In this document: one piece after another, positions 20,872 through 30,264 of the stretch
Layout: every line of letters begins with the position of its first letter
Numbering within the stretch: position 1 is the first letter of the stretch
Origin: Nitrospinaceae bacterium
GTDB taxonomy: Bacteria; Nitrospinota; Nitrospinia; Nitrospinales; Nitrospinaceae
DNA: 64,000 bases
Assembly: GCA_965237905.1 (NCBI GenBank)
Contig: OZ250172.1
Span: 2,176,001 to 2,240,000, forward strand
Direction: 5' to 3'
The notes under the pieces: model-generated
The model's database searches: none
Seen by the model: the letters and a program-made list of their open reading frames with translations, nothing else
What the model was told of the DNA's origin: nothing
Translations under genes and position numbers: made by a program

Positions 20872-21825
20872 ATGAAAAAGCGGGTGGCATCGAACCTTCG
20901 GCTTTTGATTTGGACCGGGCTGGCCTGCCTGGTGTGGGCGGGGTGCGCCACCGCTCCGCCGAGAGTGGAGTTGCCCGCCTCCCTCGACATTCCCCGTAAC
21001 ATTGAATTAACGGAAGTTCCGTTCTACCCCCAAGGTGAATATCAGTGCGGTCCCGCATCCCTTGCCATGACGTTGGAATGGTCCGGCGTGGAGATTACTC
21101 CCGATCAACTGAAACCGGAAGTGTATACCCCCAGCCGCCAGGGAAGCCTGCCTCCGGATATGATCGGTGCGGCTCGCCGTCATGGCCGTGTCGCGTACCC
21201 GGTTCATCGCATTGAGGATATATTAAAGGAAGTGGCTGGTGGCCATCCCGTCATTGTGTTGCAACGGTTGAGGTCTTTTTTCCAGGCCAGTTGGCACTAT
21301 GCAGTGGTCATCGGTTACGACCTGGATCAACGCGAAATTATTCTTCACTCCGGTGTGGAAGCAAGAGAGGTTCTACCTATCGATGAATTTGCGAATACCT
21401 GGCAACCTTGGGGGCATTGGGGACTGCTCACCCTTTCTTCGCAGAAGTTTCCCGTAACGGCGAGGGAAGAGGTTTATCTCAAAGCCGTTATAGGATTGGA
21501 GCAGACCGAACGCTGGACCGAAGCCCGGCAGGCCTATGCCCAGGCAGCTGACCGCTGGCCGCACAACGAGACGGCCTGGATAGGTCTCGGCAATAGCCGC
21601 TATGCGCTGAAAAATCTAGCAGGGGCCGAGCAGGCGTTTCGTTCCGCCGTTGATGCGGCTCCCCAGTCGGGTGCGGCCTACAACAACCTGGCGCACGTTC
21701 TCATGGAGTTGGACCGTCAGGGGGAGGCCTTGGAAGTCATCAACCAAGCGATCCAATTGGGGGGTCCGCTGGCCGAGGTCTTCCAGAAAACCCGCACCGA
21801 AATCCAACAGCGGATAGGCAGTTGA
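20872..21825 (+). CDS. PA2778-family C39-like cysteine peptidase with TPR repeats, lipoprotein
   Basis: VPFYPQ..YQCGPASLAM, WHYAVVIGYD, C-terminal TPR; lipobox WAGC. Confidence 0.85.
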   Translation: MKKRVASNLRLLIWTGLACLVWAGCATAPPRVELPASLDIPRNIELTEVPFYPQGEYQCGPASLAMTLEWSGVEITPDQLKPEVYTPSRQGSLPPDMIGAARRHGRVAYPVHRIEDILKEVAGGHPVIVLQRLRSFFQASWHYAVVIGYDLDQREIILHSGVEAREVLPIDEFANTWQPWGHWGLLTLSSQKFPVTAREEVYLKAVIGLEQTERWTEARQAYAQAADRWPHNETAWIGLGNSRYALKNLAGAEQAFRSAVDAAPQSGAAYNNLAHVLMELDRQGEALEVINQAIQLGGPLAEVFQKTRTEIQQRIGS

Positions 21826-21955
21826 TCTTTAGGGAATTCACCCTGATTTTTAAAGAATTTGACCGGTTCCACCCGATTTTCCCCCTCTCCCTTTCCTCTT
21901 GTCCTGCCTCTTTAAATTTGACACTATAAAGACACCACTTGAACTTCGAGGTCCT

Positions 21956-23278
21956 ATGCGCGGTTTCCGTTTAGTATCCATTTTATGGCTCCTTCCCGTG
22001 CTTCTTCTTCTCTCAAAACCGGCTGGGGCCGCCAACGTGTTCAACGCTCTGTCCTTGTCAAAAATGGAACTGGAGCAACGCTACGGTATCGCCAATCTCG
22101 AATGCTTTCCTTTCCTTATTAATATAGGTTCCAACTCCGACGAAGCGGAACGGGTTCGGCAATGCCAGGTCGGGGTGATGATGTTGGCTTCCGCTTTAAA
22201 GGAAGTCCCGAATGCCGGTCTGCGCACCGTGGGGATCAGCACCCGGTTCCTGCGCAGTGGCGGTTTTCATACTCTGCTGGTGCCGTGGAACTCTACGCAA
22301 GAGGACATGATTCGGGTTTTGCGTGATACGCCTTCCGTGGAGGAACAGAAACAATTTATCGCCAGGGTCCATCAACTGAAAAAACAGATTCAGTCCGGTT
22401 TGCACATCCGCGAACTGTATTGCACCTTCAAGATATCCAATGAACAGTGCCTGCAGGGTTATCAAACGCTGGCACAAGTGGAGCCGGACCGCAGAATGAG
22501 CCGCATGTCCTGGGCGGCGGTTGCCGTCACCGATACGCATCTGCCGGAAAAAGATCGTACCGTGTTGACCCTGAAATTCGACGATGCGCCGGAGACGATA
22601 ACCCAAAGGATGACGCACAATCCCGCCGCCGAGGAGTGGAAGCGTCAGAAAAAGATTTACACGGAAATTAAGAAACATTACGGCCAGGGGTTTAAGGCTC
22701 TGCAGTTGCCTAATTTTTTCTGCGACAACAGTTTGGTTCAAGAGGAATGTCTCGAGGGAGCGAAAAATTTTCATGAAGCGGCGAAGGATCCGGGTTTGCA
22801 GAAAAAACTATGGGGCACGGTGACGGTCCACAAATACAACACGCTTATTAAAAGCGATCATAATGACGTGTTCCGGTACGATCTCACTCCTGTGGAAATC
22901 ATACGGATGTTTTCCAAAAAACCCGATCAGTCCCAAATTCAGATCAGTGTCACCCTTGCCGAAAAACTGGAGAAGCGGACCAAGAACAATTCCACCGGCC
23001 TGCGCGCCGTGTGTGACCTGGAAGGTTTGCACTCTGCCGATTGCGCTCAAGGGTTTAAGAATTTCATCGCGTTTGTCCGGAAGCATCGCAAATATCGCGC
23101 GGAGCGTCCATTAAACAATATCATGTTCATCGAAGGCACCCAACTCGGCCGGGTGAACTTCGCGCTCAATTCCAAGGTGCGCCACACCTATCTCTATGTC
23201 GACGTCCACAGCTCCCCGCAAGAAATGACAGAGTACCTGTTCCGCTTCGGTCTCTCCCGATCCGACCCGGTGCGTTAG
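21956..23278 (+). CDS. Exported hypothetical protein with repeated Cys-containing modules
   Basis: Long ORF with signal peptide; recurring C-x7-8-CxxG motif; no recognised family. Confidence 0.6.
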   Translation: MRGFRLVSILWLLPVLLLLSKPAGAANVFNALSLSKMELEQRYGIANLECFPFLINIGSNSDEAERVRQCQVGVMMLASALKEVPNAGLRTVGISTRFLRSGGFHTLLVPWNSTQEDMIRVLRDTPSVEEQKQFIARVHQLKKQIQSGLHIRELYCTFKISNEQCLQGYQTLAQVEPDRRMSRMSWAAVAVTDTHLPEKDRTVLTLKFDDAPETITQRMTHNPAAEEWKRQKKIYTEIKKHYGQGFKALQLPNFFCDNSLVQEECLEGAKNFHEAAKDPGLQKKLWGTVTVHKYNTLIKSDHNDVFRYDLTPVEIIRMFSKKPDQSQIQISVTLAEKLEKRTKNNSTGLRAVCDLEGLHSADCAQGFKNFIAFVRKHRKYRAERPLNNIMFIEGTQLGRVNFALNSKVRHTYLYVDVHSSPQEMTEYLFRFGLSRSDPVR

Positions 23279-23328
23279 CACATCATTTCGTTATTGTGGA
23301 TTGCAAAATCAGGAAGGTTGTAGATTCG

Positions 23329-23774
23329 TCAGTTTTCGCGGGCGGCGTTGGGGAGGAGCGGATGCCGGGTGTTGTAATCCGGTCGCGTCAGCACGACTTG
23401 TTTGCCGGTGTTCATACGGGGATGAATGACCAGCGGCGCGAGCAGGTTGCCCGTCATCCGGCGGTATCTTCCGGCACGGTCACGATGACGCGGATTTGAA
23501 ACTCCTCATCTTCGCCCAGACCAATGGCACGCCGGTCTTCTGCCGTCAGCGTCACTTCGTAGTCCGGCACAAAAGGAGCGGGATCGGTGACGACGAACGC
23601 CAGCTCCGGCGTGGTGAGCGACTGGAGCCACTCTAGGGGCGAGTCGATAGTGGCATCGAACGGGAGCAGGGCGAATTGCGTTTCCTGCTCGAATCCGTAC
23701 AGTCCGTCGGGACAATTCAGGATTTCATTGTCCGTCACTTCAAATTCGCCGAAACGGGTGGATTGGTATTTCAT
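23329..23774 (-). pseudogene. fliW: Flagellar assembly factor FliW, frameshifted (or sequencing error)
   Basis: STRFG, GLYGFE, WLQS, LAFVVTDP; the C-terminal MTGNLLAPLVI...GKQVVL lies in another frame after a 1-nt deletion near 23466. Confidence 0.88.
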
Positions 23775-24010
23775 GATTGCAACTGGTCCTTGGCCCATCG
23801 GCCCACCTGGGAAGGATCAAATTTTCCGGCGGAAGCGGCCTGCCGGTTTTCCTCCAGAATTTTAACCAGCACTTCCTGCCGGTACACCTTGATGTCGTCG
23901 GGTGCTTCGATGCCCAGGCGCACGGTTTTCCCTTTCACCTCAAGCACGGTGATGCGAATGTTTTCGTTGATGGCGAGGCTTTCGCCGATTTTTCGGGTGA
24001 GCACCAGCAT
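23771..24010 (-). CDS. csrA: Carbon storage regulator / translational regulator CsrA
   Basis: MLVLTRKIGESLAINENIRITVLEVKGKTVRLGIEAP..VYRQE; C-terminal extension EEN.QAA typical of FliW-regulated CsrA; ATGA overlap with fliW. Confidence 0.95.
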   Translation of the reverse strand: MLVLTRKIGESLAINENIRITVLEVKGKTVRLGIEAPDDIKVYRQEVLVKILEENRQAASAGKFDPSQVGRWAKDQLQS

Positions 24011-24059
24011 GGTTGTGGCCGTCGGTGAGAGGTGGGTACGAACAAGCGTTGTCTTGGGA

Positions 24060-24068
24060 ATTATATCA
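24060..24068 (-). promoter_or_regulatory. Extended -10 promoter for csrA-fliW
   Basis: TGaTATAAT on the minus strand about 50 nt upstream of the csrA ATG. Confidence 0.55.
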
Positions 24069-24113
24069 AAAAAATCAAGGATTTCAGGTGAAATGCGGTC
24101 CGGGGGAATCCAA

Positions 24114-24142
24114 TTGACAGGGTAGGGCCTTTGTGCTAATTT
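24114..24142 (+). promoter_or_regulatory. sigma70 promoter of tRNA-Phe
   Basis: TTGACA-17 nt-TAATTT with TG extension. Confidence 0.6.
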
Positions 24143-24188
24143 CGCTAACTTCGCTTGCATCAAGTCGAATATCAGCCAGAAACAATAA

Positions 24189-24264
24189 GCCGGGGTAGCT
24201 CAGTCGGTAGAGCAGGGGACTGAAAATCCCCGTGTCGGCGGTTCGATTCCGTCCCCCGGCACCA
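24189..24264 (+). tRNA. tRNA-Phe (GAA)
   Basis: 76 nt; GCCGGGG acceptor stem, D arm, anticodon loop CTGAAAA, GTTCGA T-loop, encoded CCA. Confidence 0.97.
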
Positions 24265-24460
24265 TTTCCTACCCAAACGCAACATGTCCACCCACTCCCT
24301 CTGAGTCTTTCCGTCAGGATTTGTTTTTGAGTTGTCACAGCAGAGGCCGCACGGTACTTCCGTACGTTCTTCGTTTTATTCCGGTCTTTCATTGCTTCCC
24401 GCGAAGCGACGTCCTGCCCGACTAAAAATTCCCGACACTTGTCTCCCTTGGATATCCTAG
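24265..24460 (-). ncRNA. Candidate CsrA-sequestering GGA-rich small RNA (CsrB/RsmY-like)
   Basis: 11 GGA on the minus strand versus 2 on the plus strand in ~195 nt, several in short hairpins; next to csrA. Confidence 0.45.
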
Positions 24461-24617
24461 CAGCGAAGTAAAATGGGTCCGCCGGCTCAATTTTTTCCTT
24501 TGAAAATAGCCCCATTAGAGCGGTTTTGGGGAAGGGGGCACCCTTTTGAAAATTACACATTATAATAAATAGTAAATGTAATTAAATATATCGTTCACCT
24601 TCATTCGTCAGGATACA

Positions 24618-26104
24618 TTGATTATGAGGAGCCTACGGCAATTGCCAAAATCCGTTTTGACCGCTTATGTAATGGCGGCCCTGTTGTTTGTCCTGCCTGC
24701 CACGGCCGGGGCCGAATCGTTTAATGATGCGTTGGAAGCTTATAGCAAGAAAGACTATAAAACGGCTTTTAAGATATACAAGAGTTTAGCCGAGCAGGGC
24801 AATCCCCGCGCACAGAATAATCTCGGCAACATGTACGATGTCGGCATGGGGATTGAGCAGGATTTGAACCAGGCCGCACAGTGGTATCAAAAAGCCGCCG
24901 AGCAGGATCACCAAATCGCCCAGTACAACCTCGGCAACATGTACGATGTCGGCCAGGGCATCCCGCAGAATTATGATGAAGCGAAGAAGTGGTACACCCG
25001 TGCCGCGGAGAAGGGATACCCAAAGGCTCAGCACTACCTCGGCGTCATGTACAGCCGGGGCAAGGGCGTCCGCCCGGACCCTGGAGAAGCTGTCGAGTGG
25101 TACCAAAAGGCCGCCGAACAGGGATACGACAAGGCACAGTTTGACCTGGGATACATGTACAAGGTGGGCGAGGGTGTTTCCAAGGATCCGATCCAGGCCG
25201 CAAAATGGTTTCTCAGGGCCGCCGAGCAGGGTCACGCCAAGGCCCAGTTCAAGCTGGGCAATATGTACGACACTGGTGAGGGCGTCACAAAGAATTTGGA
25301 AGAAGCCGCCAAGTGGTATAAAAAAGCCGCCGAGCAGGGCCTGCCGCGCGCGCAGTTCAACATTGGCAATATGCACGATTTTGGCCAGGGCGTCGGGCAG
25401 GATCACAAGCAGGCCGTCGAGTGGTACGCTAAAGCCGCCGAACAGGGGCATGCCAGCGCGCAGAACAGTCTCGGTCATATGTACGACAGAGGGCAAGGCA
25501 TTTCGAAAGATATGAAGATGGCCGTCAAGTGGTACTCCAAAGCCGCCGATCAGGGACACAAACTGGCGCAGTACAACCTCGCCACCATGTACTTTTATGG
25601 TCAGGGAACCGATCAAAACTATGCCATGGCCATGAGCTGGCACTTGAAGGCCCCGGAGAGGGCCATACCTCATCGCAGAACGTGCTCGGGTTGATGTTCG
25701 ATCAGGGCAAAGGCGTCACCAAGAATCTGCCCGCCGCCGCCCAGTGGTATCAGAAAGCCGCCGAGGGCGGGCTGGCGCTGGCGCAGTACAACCTCGCCAG
25801 CATGTATCAACTCGGAGAAGGGGTCACGCAGGATTACGTAAAGGCCGGCGAGTGGTATCAGAAAGCCGCCGACCAGGGCTATGGCCTGGCGCAAGTCTCA
25901 CTCGGCACCTTGTATCACCAGGGGAAAGGCGTCGCGCAGGATTTAGTGAAGGCGCACATGTGGTACAGCCTCGCGGCCACGCAATTGGAAGACGGCAAAC
26001 AGAAGGACCGCGCCGTTAAGAATCGCGAGAGCGTCACCAAACACATGAACCCCGCGCAAGTGGTTGAAGCCCAGCAACTCGCCAGCACCTGGAAAGCGAA
26101 ATAA
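24618..26104 (+). pseudogene. Large Sel1-repeat protein split by a 1-nt frameshift near 25652 (or sequencing error)
   Basis: Continuous Sel1 repeats across two frames; restoring one G gives K-A-A-G-E-G-H-T-S-S-Q-N-V-L-G. Confidence 0.85.
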
Positions 26105-26106
26105 AA

Positions 26107-26540
26107 AGCCCCTCTAAATAACTCCCCCTTCTTGAAGGGGGCCGGGGGGGGATTTAGGTTGGGGTGATTTGCTCCCTCTTTGTGAAGAGGGCGGGGGGTG
26201 ATTTTAAGGGCCGGGCCGGCGAATCGCCGGTGATAATTTTCTCCACCACTTGCCGTTTATCCCTCCCCTGCCCGAGAGGAGGCCAGGAGGGGTGGGAGCA
26301 AATGCCATCCTAAGCTTGCCGGGAACACAGATGAACACCGATAATATCTGAACCTCCCCCCTCACGGGGAGAGGATTAAGGTGAGGGGTGGTTAAAGTTC
26401 TCTCTTTTTAAAACTTGTCCTGAGCCTTTCGAAGGGGACACCGATAAGAACATCCCCCTCTAACTCCCACGCCCTCTTTTCTGAAGAGGGATGGGGGGTT
26501 TTAGGGTAAGGTTTTCTCCCCCTTCACAAAGGGGGAGGTT
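26107..26540. repeat. Cluster of REP-like GC-rich palindromes
   Basis: CCCCTTCTTGAAGGGG, CCCTCTTTGTGAAGAGGG, GGGGAGAGGATTAAGGTGAGGGG and TGTCCTGAGCCTTTCGAAGG units that recur elsewhere in the window. Confidence 0.8.
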
Positions 26541-26562
26541 ATAAAGCGATGTTGCGTATTTT

Positions 26563-26886
26563 TTATTTGAAGGCGCGGGGGAGTCGGGTGTTTTCGTTGA
26601 CTTTGGCGGTGGAGAGTTGCTGCAGGGTCAGGCCCTTGACGGTGCTGAGATCGGTATTGCGGAAATCGGCACCGGTGACGTCCGCTTGGGTGAAGTCGGC
26701 GCCGTTGAGTGCGGCGCGCAATAGTTTGACGTCGACCATACTGGCGTGACTCAAATTGGCTTCGCAGAGGTTGGCTTCGCAGAGGTTGGCCCCGCCCAGT
26801 TTTTGCCGGGTCAGGTTGGCACGGGCCAGGTTTCTCTTATTCATCTCGGCCAGCCGACGATCGGATTGTTGTTTCTCTTTTAACAT
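26563..26886 (-). CDS. Pentapeptide repeat protein
   Basis: A(N/D)Lxx pentads; C-terminal GLTLQQL...TRLP cap. Confidence 0.88.
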   Translation of the reverse strand: MLKEKQQSDRRLAEMNKRNLARANLTRQKLGGANLCEANLCEANLSHASMVDVKLLRAALNGADFTQADVTGADFRNTDLSTVKGLTLQQLSTAKVNENTRLPRAFK

Positions 26887-26887
26887 T

Positions 26888-27133
26888 AGCTTTCCCCAGC
26901 CCCCTCGGGTTCCCTGTCTGTTCGATTGATCGAGCTTCCTAGCCTACCTGATAAAGGAAGCTGTCCATATAGGATAAGCCATATCTCTCTGAGTGTATAT
27001 GGCAAATCGGAACTAGTTTTTTTAATATTCCGAAGCTTTGTAGAGGGGGATCGAGGAGGAGTTTTACATCTTACTGTATCCAAATGAGTTATTGGTTAGC
27101 TAGCGGACGCAGGGGCGACTGGGGGCTATAGCT
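26888..27133. ncRNA. Candidate large multi-hairpin structured RNA or cis-regulatory leader
   Basis: Long-range closing helix plus at least six internal hairpins; G-U pairs favour the plus strand. Confidence 0.45.
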
Positions 27134-27311
27134 GGGCCATTATCAACAACATGCCCGCACACCCGTGAACAATCTGCTTTTAATTTGGCTGAGAGGGATT
27201 ATACTTTTTATACATGGAAATAGGGAACTTGGACAAGCCTTTGATTTTAAACTATGTCCCGAGCCCCGGGGCCGTTTTGGGCGGCTCAGGAAATTGCAAC
27301 CGGCCCTCTTG

Positions 27312-29573
27312 ATGAACATCACCCACCTTAAAGAAAAAATCCTGACCCGTCCCCTGGCCTCTCGTTGGATACCTTACGGATTCGTGGTTTTGTTCTGTCT
27401 GGGGTTGGAATCCCTTCTGCTTGGACTGGGATGGACCGACTTCGGTGTCCCCTACCTTTACCATTACGATTATTTATATTTCAGCGCGAGCGTCAAAGGG
27501 GTTTTGGACCATGGCTGGTATCTGAACAATCCCAGCCTGGGTGCGCCGGGAACTTTAGCGATCTATGACTATTCCGGTGTGCCTAATGTTCATTTCCTGA
27601 TGATCAAATGTATTGCCCTGTTTACCTCGGACTGGGCGCAGGCGCTGAATCTGTTTTATGTGGTTACGTTTCCTTTGGCCGCCGTTTCCGCTTTGGTCGT
27701 ATTTCGTCATTTTAAAATTGCTTCACCCGTGGCCATAACCGGAAGCTTGCTTTTCGCGTTTGCCCCCTATCACTTTCTTCGTTTGCTACATATTGTTTAT
27801 ACCAATTACTTTTTTGTTCCACTGGTGACTTTGGTTTTACTTTGGATTGTGAGCGGGAAGCGGGTGATCGTTTTCCGTGATGCCGATTCCGGGCGGTGGC
27901 GGTTCAACGTCCGGTCGGGAATTTCGCTGGCAAGTATTCTGATCGCCATTTTAGTTTCCGGTTTTGGGGTCTACTATGCTTTCTTTTCATGCTTTTTCCT
28001 GGTCATTGCGGGAGGAATGGCTTTCCTCAACCAGCGCAATACAGCGGCATTATTCGCTTCCTGGATTTTGATTGGAGTGATCTGTACCGGGGTGGCCCTG
28101 CAAATGGCTCCTTCCTGGATTTACAAAATGAAGCATGGGCAGAATCCACTGGTGACCCAATTTGCGCCCATGGAAACTGAAAAATATGGGATGAAAATCG
28201 CGCAATTACTCCTGCCGGTTCAGGGTCACCGGGTCTCTTCGTTGGCGCAACTTCGGGAGTGGTATGATCGCACCGCTCCCCTGAGTAACGAAAACCGTTT
28301 TGCCTCCCTCGGGTTGGCGGGTTCGGTAGGATTCCTTGCCCTCCTCATTGGGTTGTTCTGCAGGAGGGGTGATGAACCATCAGAGAATTTGGAATGGCCT
28401 CTGGCGAGATTGAACATAGGCGCCGTGTTGCTGGGTACGGTAGGCGGATTCAGCGCTCTCTTTGCTTATTTGATCAGCTCGCAACTCCGAGCGTACAACC
28501 GGATCAGCATTTTTATCGAATTTTTCGCGATCTTCGCCTTGGTACTATTACTGGCCCATGCCTACGAGAAATTGCTGAAAGCGCGGGTGTCACACTTGAT
28601 CGGTTATGCAATGTGCGGGATGATATTGGTGATCGGTCTGTTGGACCAAATACCCACGTCTTTTAAAACTCCTTATCCCACCATCCAAAAGCAGTTTGCT
28701 GAGGATTCCGCATTTTTTACCCGGATCGAGCAAGCCTTGCCCGAGGGCGCGATGGTGTTTCAATTGCCTTATGTCACTTTTCCCATCAGTGAACCGTTAA
28801 ACCGGATGGGCCCTTATAATCATATCCGAGGTTATCTTCATACCCGGAAAGTGAGGTGGAGCTATGGCGCCCTCAATGGCCGGGGGACGCAGGCTTGGCA
28901 ACAAAGCGTTTCTCATCTACCGGTGCAGGGACTGGTGGATATAGTAGCGATTGCAGGATTTAAGGGAATTTACCTGGATCGCAGGGGTTATGTGGATGGT
29001 GGAGAGGATATGATAAGCCGCTTGTCTGAGATCTTAGAAGCCCTACCCTGGGTCAGCTCAAGCGGTGGAGAGGTTTTTTTCAATCTGGAGCCGTATTTTC
29101 AAAAGCTGAAGAAACAGGTTTCTGCCGATCAGTGGGGAACTCTGCAACAATTGGTTCTTACCGATCCCCTTGGCTACGCCGGGAAAAACTTGTTTAAACC
29201 TTCACAGGTCATTGCCCCGGCCGCTGGGTTTGTTGAGGTGGTCACTCCCAGGTCCGGGGGACCCAAACAGCTGATTCTTGTTGGGGGATGGGCAGTGGAC
29301 CCGGAAACTCGAACACCGGTAAAAAAAATGATGGTGGTTCATGAAGGGAAAGCGAGCCAGTTATTTGTTTCCCAGCAGGTCCCTCGTCCGGATATCGCTC
29401 GCAAGTATGGGGCCGAGGCCGTTCTCAAATCGCAATGGAGTATGGTGTTGGATACCCGCACATGGGCACCGGGAGAGCGCTCATTTGAAATTTATGCGGT
29501 ACTCAAAGAGGGCCGACTGGGCCGGCTGGGAGGATGTGAGAACAAATGCCGGGTAACCCTGTCCTCCAAGTGA
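27312..29573 (+). CDS. Polytopic membrane protein, probable GT-C type glycosyl/phosphoglycerol transferase with periplasmic C-terminal domain
   Basis: Many TM segments; NPSLGAP, LFAFAPYHF, RAYNRISIFI, VFQLPY..FP, WSYG; C-terminal GWAVD..RPD module. Confidence 0.6.
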   Translation: MNITHLKEKILTRPLASRWIPYGFVVLFCLGLESLLLGLGWTDFGVPYLYHYDYLYFSASVKGVLDHGWYLNNPSLGAPGTLAIYDYSGVPNVHFLMIKCIALFTSDWAQALNLFYVVTFPLAAVSALVVFRHFKIASPVAITGSLLFAFAPYHFLRLLHIVYTNYFFVPLVTLVLLWIVSGKRVIVFRDADSGRWRFNVRSGISLASILIAILVSGFGVYYAFFSCFFLVIAGGMAFLNQRNTAALFASWILIGVICTGVALQMAPSWIYKMKHGQNPLVTQFAPMETEKYGMKIAQLLLPVQGHRVSSLAQLREWYDRTAPLSNENRFASLGLAGSVGFLALLIGLFCRRGDEPSENLEWPLARLNIGAVLLGTVGGFSALFAYLISSQLRAYNRISIFIEFFAIFALVLLLAHAYEKLLKARVSHLIGYAMCGMILVIGLLDQIPTSFKTPYPTIQKQFAEDSAFFTRIEQALPEGAMVFQLPYVTFPISEPLNRMGPYNHIRGYLHTRKVRWSYGALNGRGTQAWQQSVSHLPVQGLVDIVAIAGFKGIYLDRRGYVDGGEDMISRLSEILEALPWVSSSGGEVFFNLEPYFQKLKKQVSADQWGTLQQLVLTDPLGYAGKNLFKPSQVIAPAAGFVEVVTPRSGGPKQLILVGGWAVDPETRTPVKKMMVVHEGKASQLFVSQQVPRPDIARKYGAEAVLKSQWSMVLDTRTWAPGERSFEIYAVLKEGRLGRLGGCENKCRVTLSSK

Positions 29574-29580
29574 AGCCGGG

Positions 29581-30030
29581 TTAGGTAGCTCCTTTTAAAT
29601 CGGATAGGTTGGCGGCTTTGATCGTGTCGAGGGCCATCAGCAATCGTTTTCCATCGAGTTTGTAGACCCCGGAAACCAGCTCGCGGGTGGCGGCATCGAC
29701 CGTACTCGGCACGGGCTCGAAACTTTCGTCCTCCACTTCCAGTACCTCGCCAACAGAATCCACCAGAAAACTGATGATTTCGTTATTGATCCGGGTGACC
29801 ACATTCATGGATTTATTATCGTTCTTGTGAGGCGGGAGGTTCATGCGGCTGCGGAGGTTGATCGCGGTGATGATTTGCCCGCGCAGATTGATCAATCCCT
29901 GAATTTCCGAGGGGGCCAACGGAACTTCGGTCATCTCCTGATATCTCAACACCTCCTGCACATCAAGCACCTCGATGCCGAGCAGGACATCGTTCACGTA
30001 AAAGGTACAGAACTGTTTGGGCTCCGCCAT
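29581..30030 (-). CDS. cheW: Chemotaxis coupling protein CheW
   Basis: VQEVL..TEVPLAP..IQGLINLRGQI..FLVDSVGEV. Confidence 0.93.
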   Translation of the reverse strand: MAEPKQFCTFYVNDVLLGIEVLDVQEVLRYQEMTEVPLAPSEIQGLINLRGQIITAINLRSRMNLPPHKNDNKSMNVVTRINNEIISFLVDSVGEVLEVEDESFEPVPSTVDAATRELVSGVYKLDGKRLLMALDTIKAANLSDLKGAT

Positions 30031-30264
30031 TGAGGCCTTCCTTTCGATCGAATAAACGCCGTCCATCTGCAAAAGGGTGATCCAAGTATTAAACACGATT
30101 TTTCAATGAAAATCAAATTAACTGTGTATGTTATTTTATTTATTTTTATCCGGGATTGGGGTAGACTAAGCTATTGAATTATAAATCGATACTGATCAAA
30201 ATTTTTATTTCTTCAAATTCCGGCAATTCAACCAATCAACCTTTTCTGTTGGGAGGAAAATCCA

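Noticed and set aside
24189..24264. tRNA-Phe as an island attachment site
   Set aside because: No convincing duplicate of the tRNA 3' end and no integrase found in the window.
24084..24560. 158-aa minus-strand ORF
   Set aside because: Runs antisense through tRNA-Phe and has no protein-like features.
26337..26447. ACCGATAA motifs as sigma28 promoters
   Set aside because: No TAAA-like -35 at the required 15-nt spacing.
26107..26540. Possible CRISPR array
   Set aside because: Repeats are heterogeneous palindromes without constant spacing or unique spacers, and there are no cas genes.
26888..27133. Retron msr-msd, tmRNA or RNase P RNA
   Set aside because: No reverse transcriptase nearby, no tRNA-like ends or CCA, and no RNase P GAGGAAAGUCC core.
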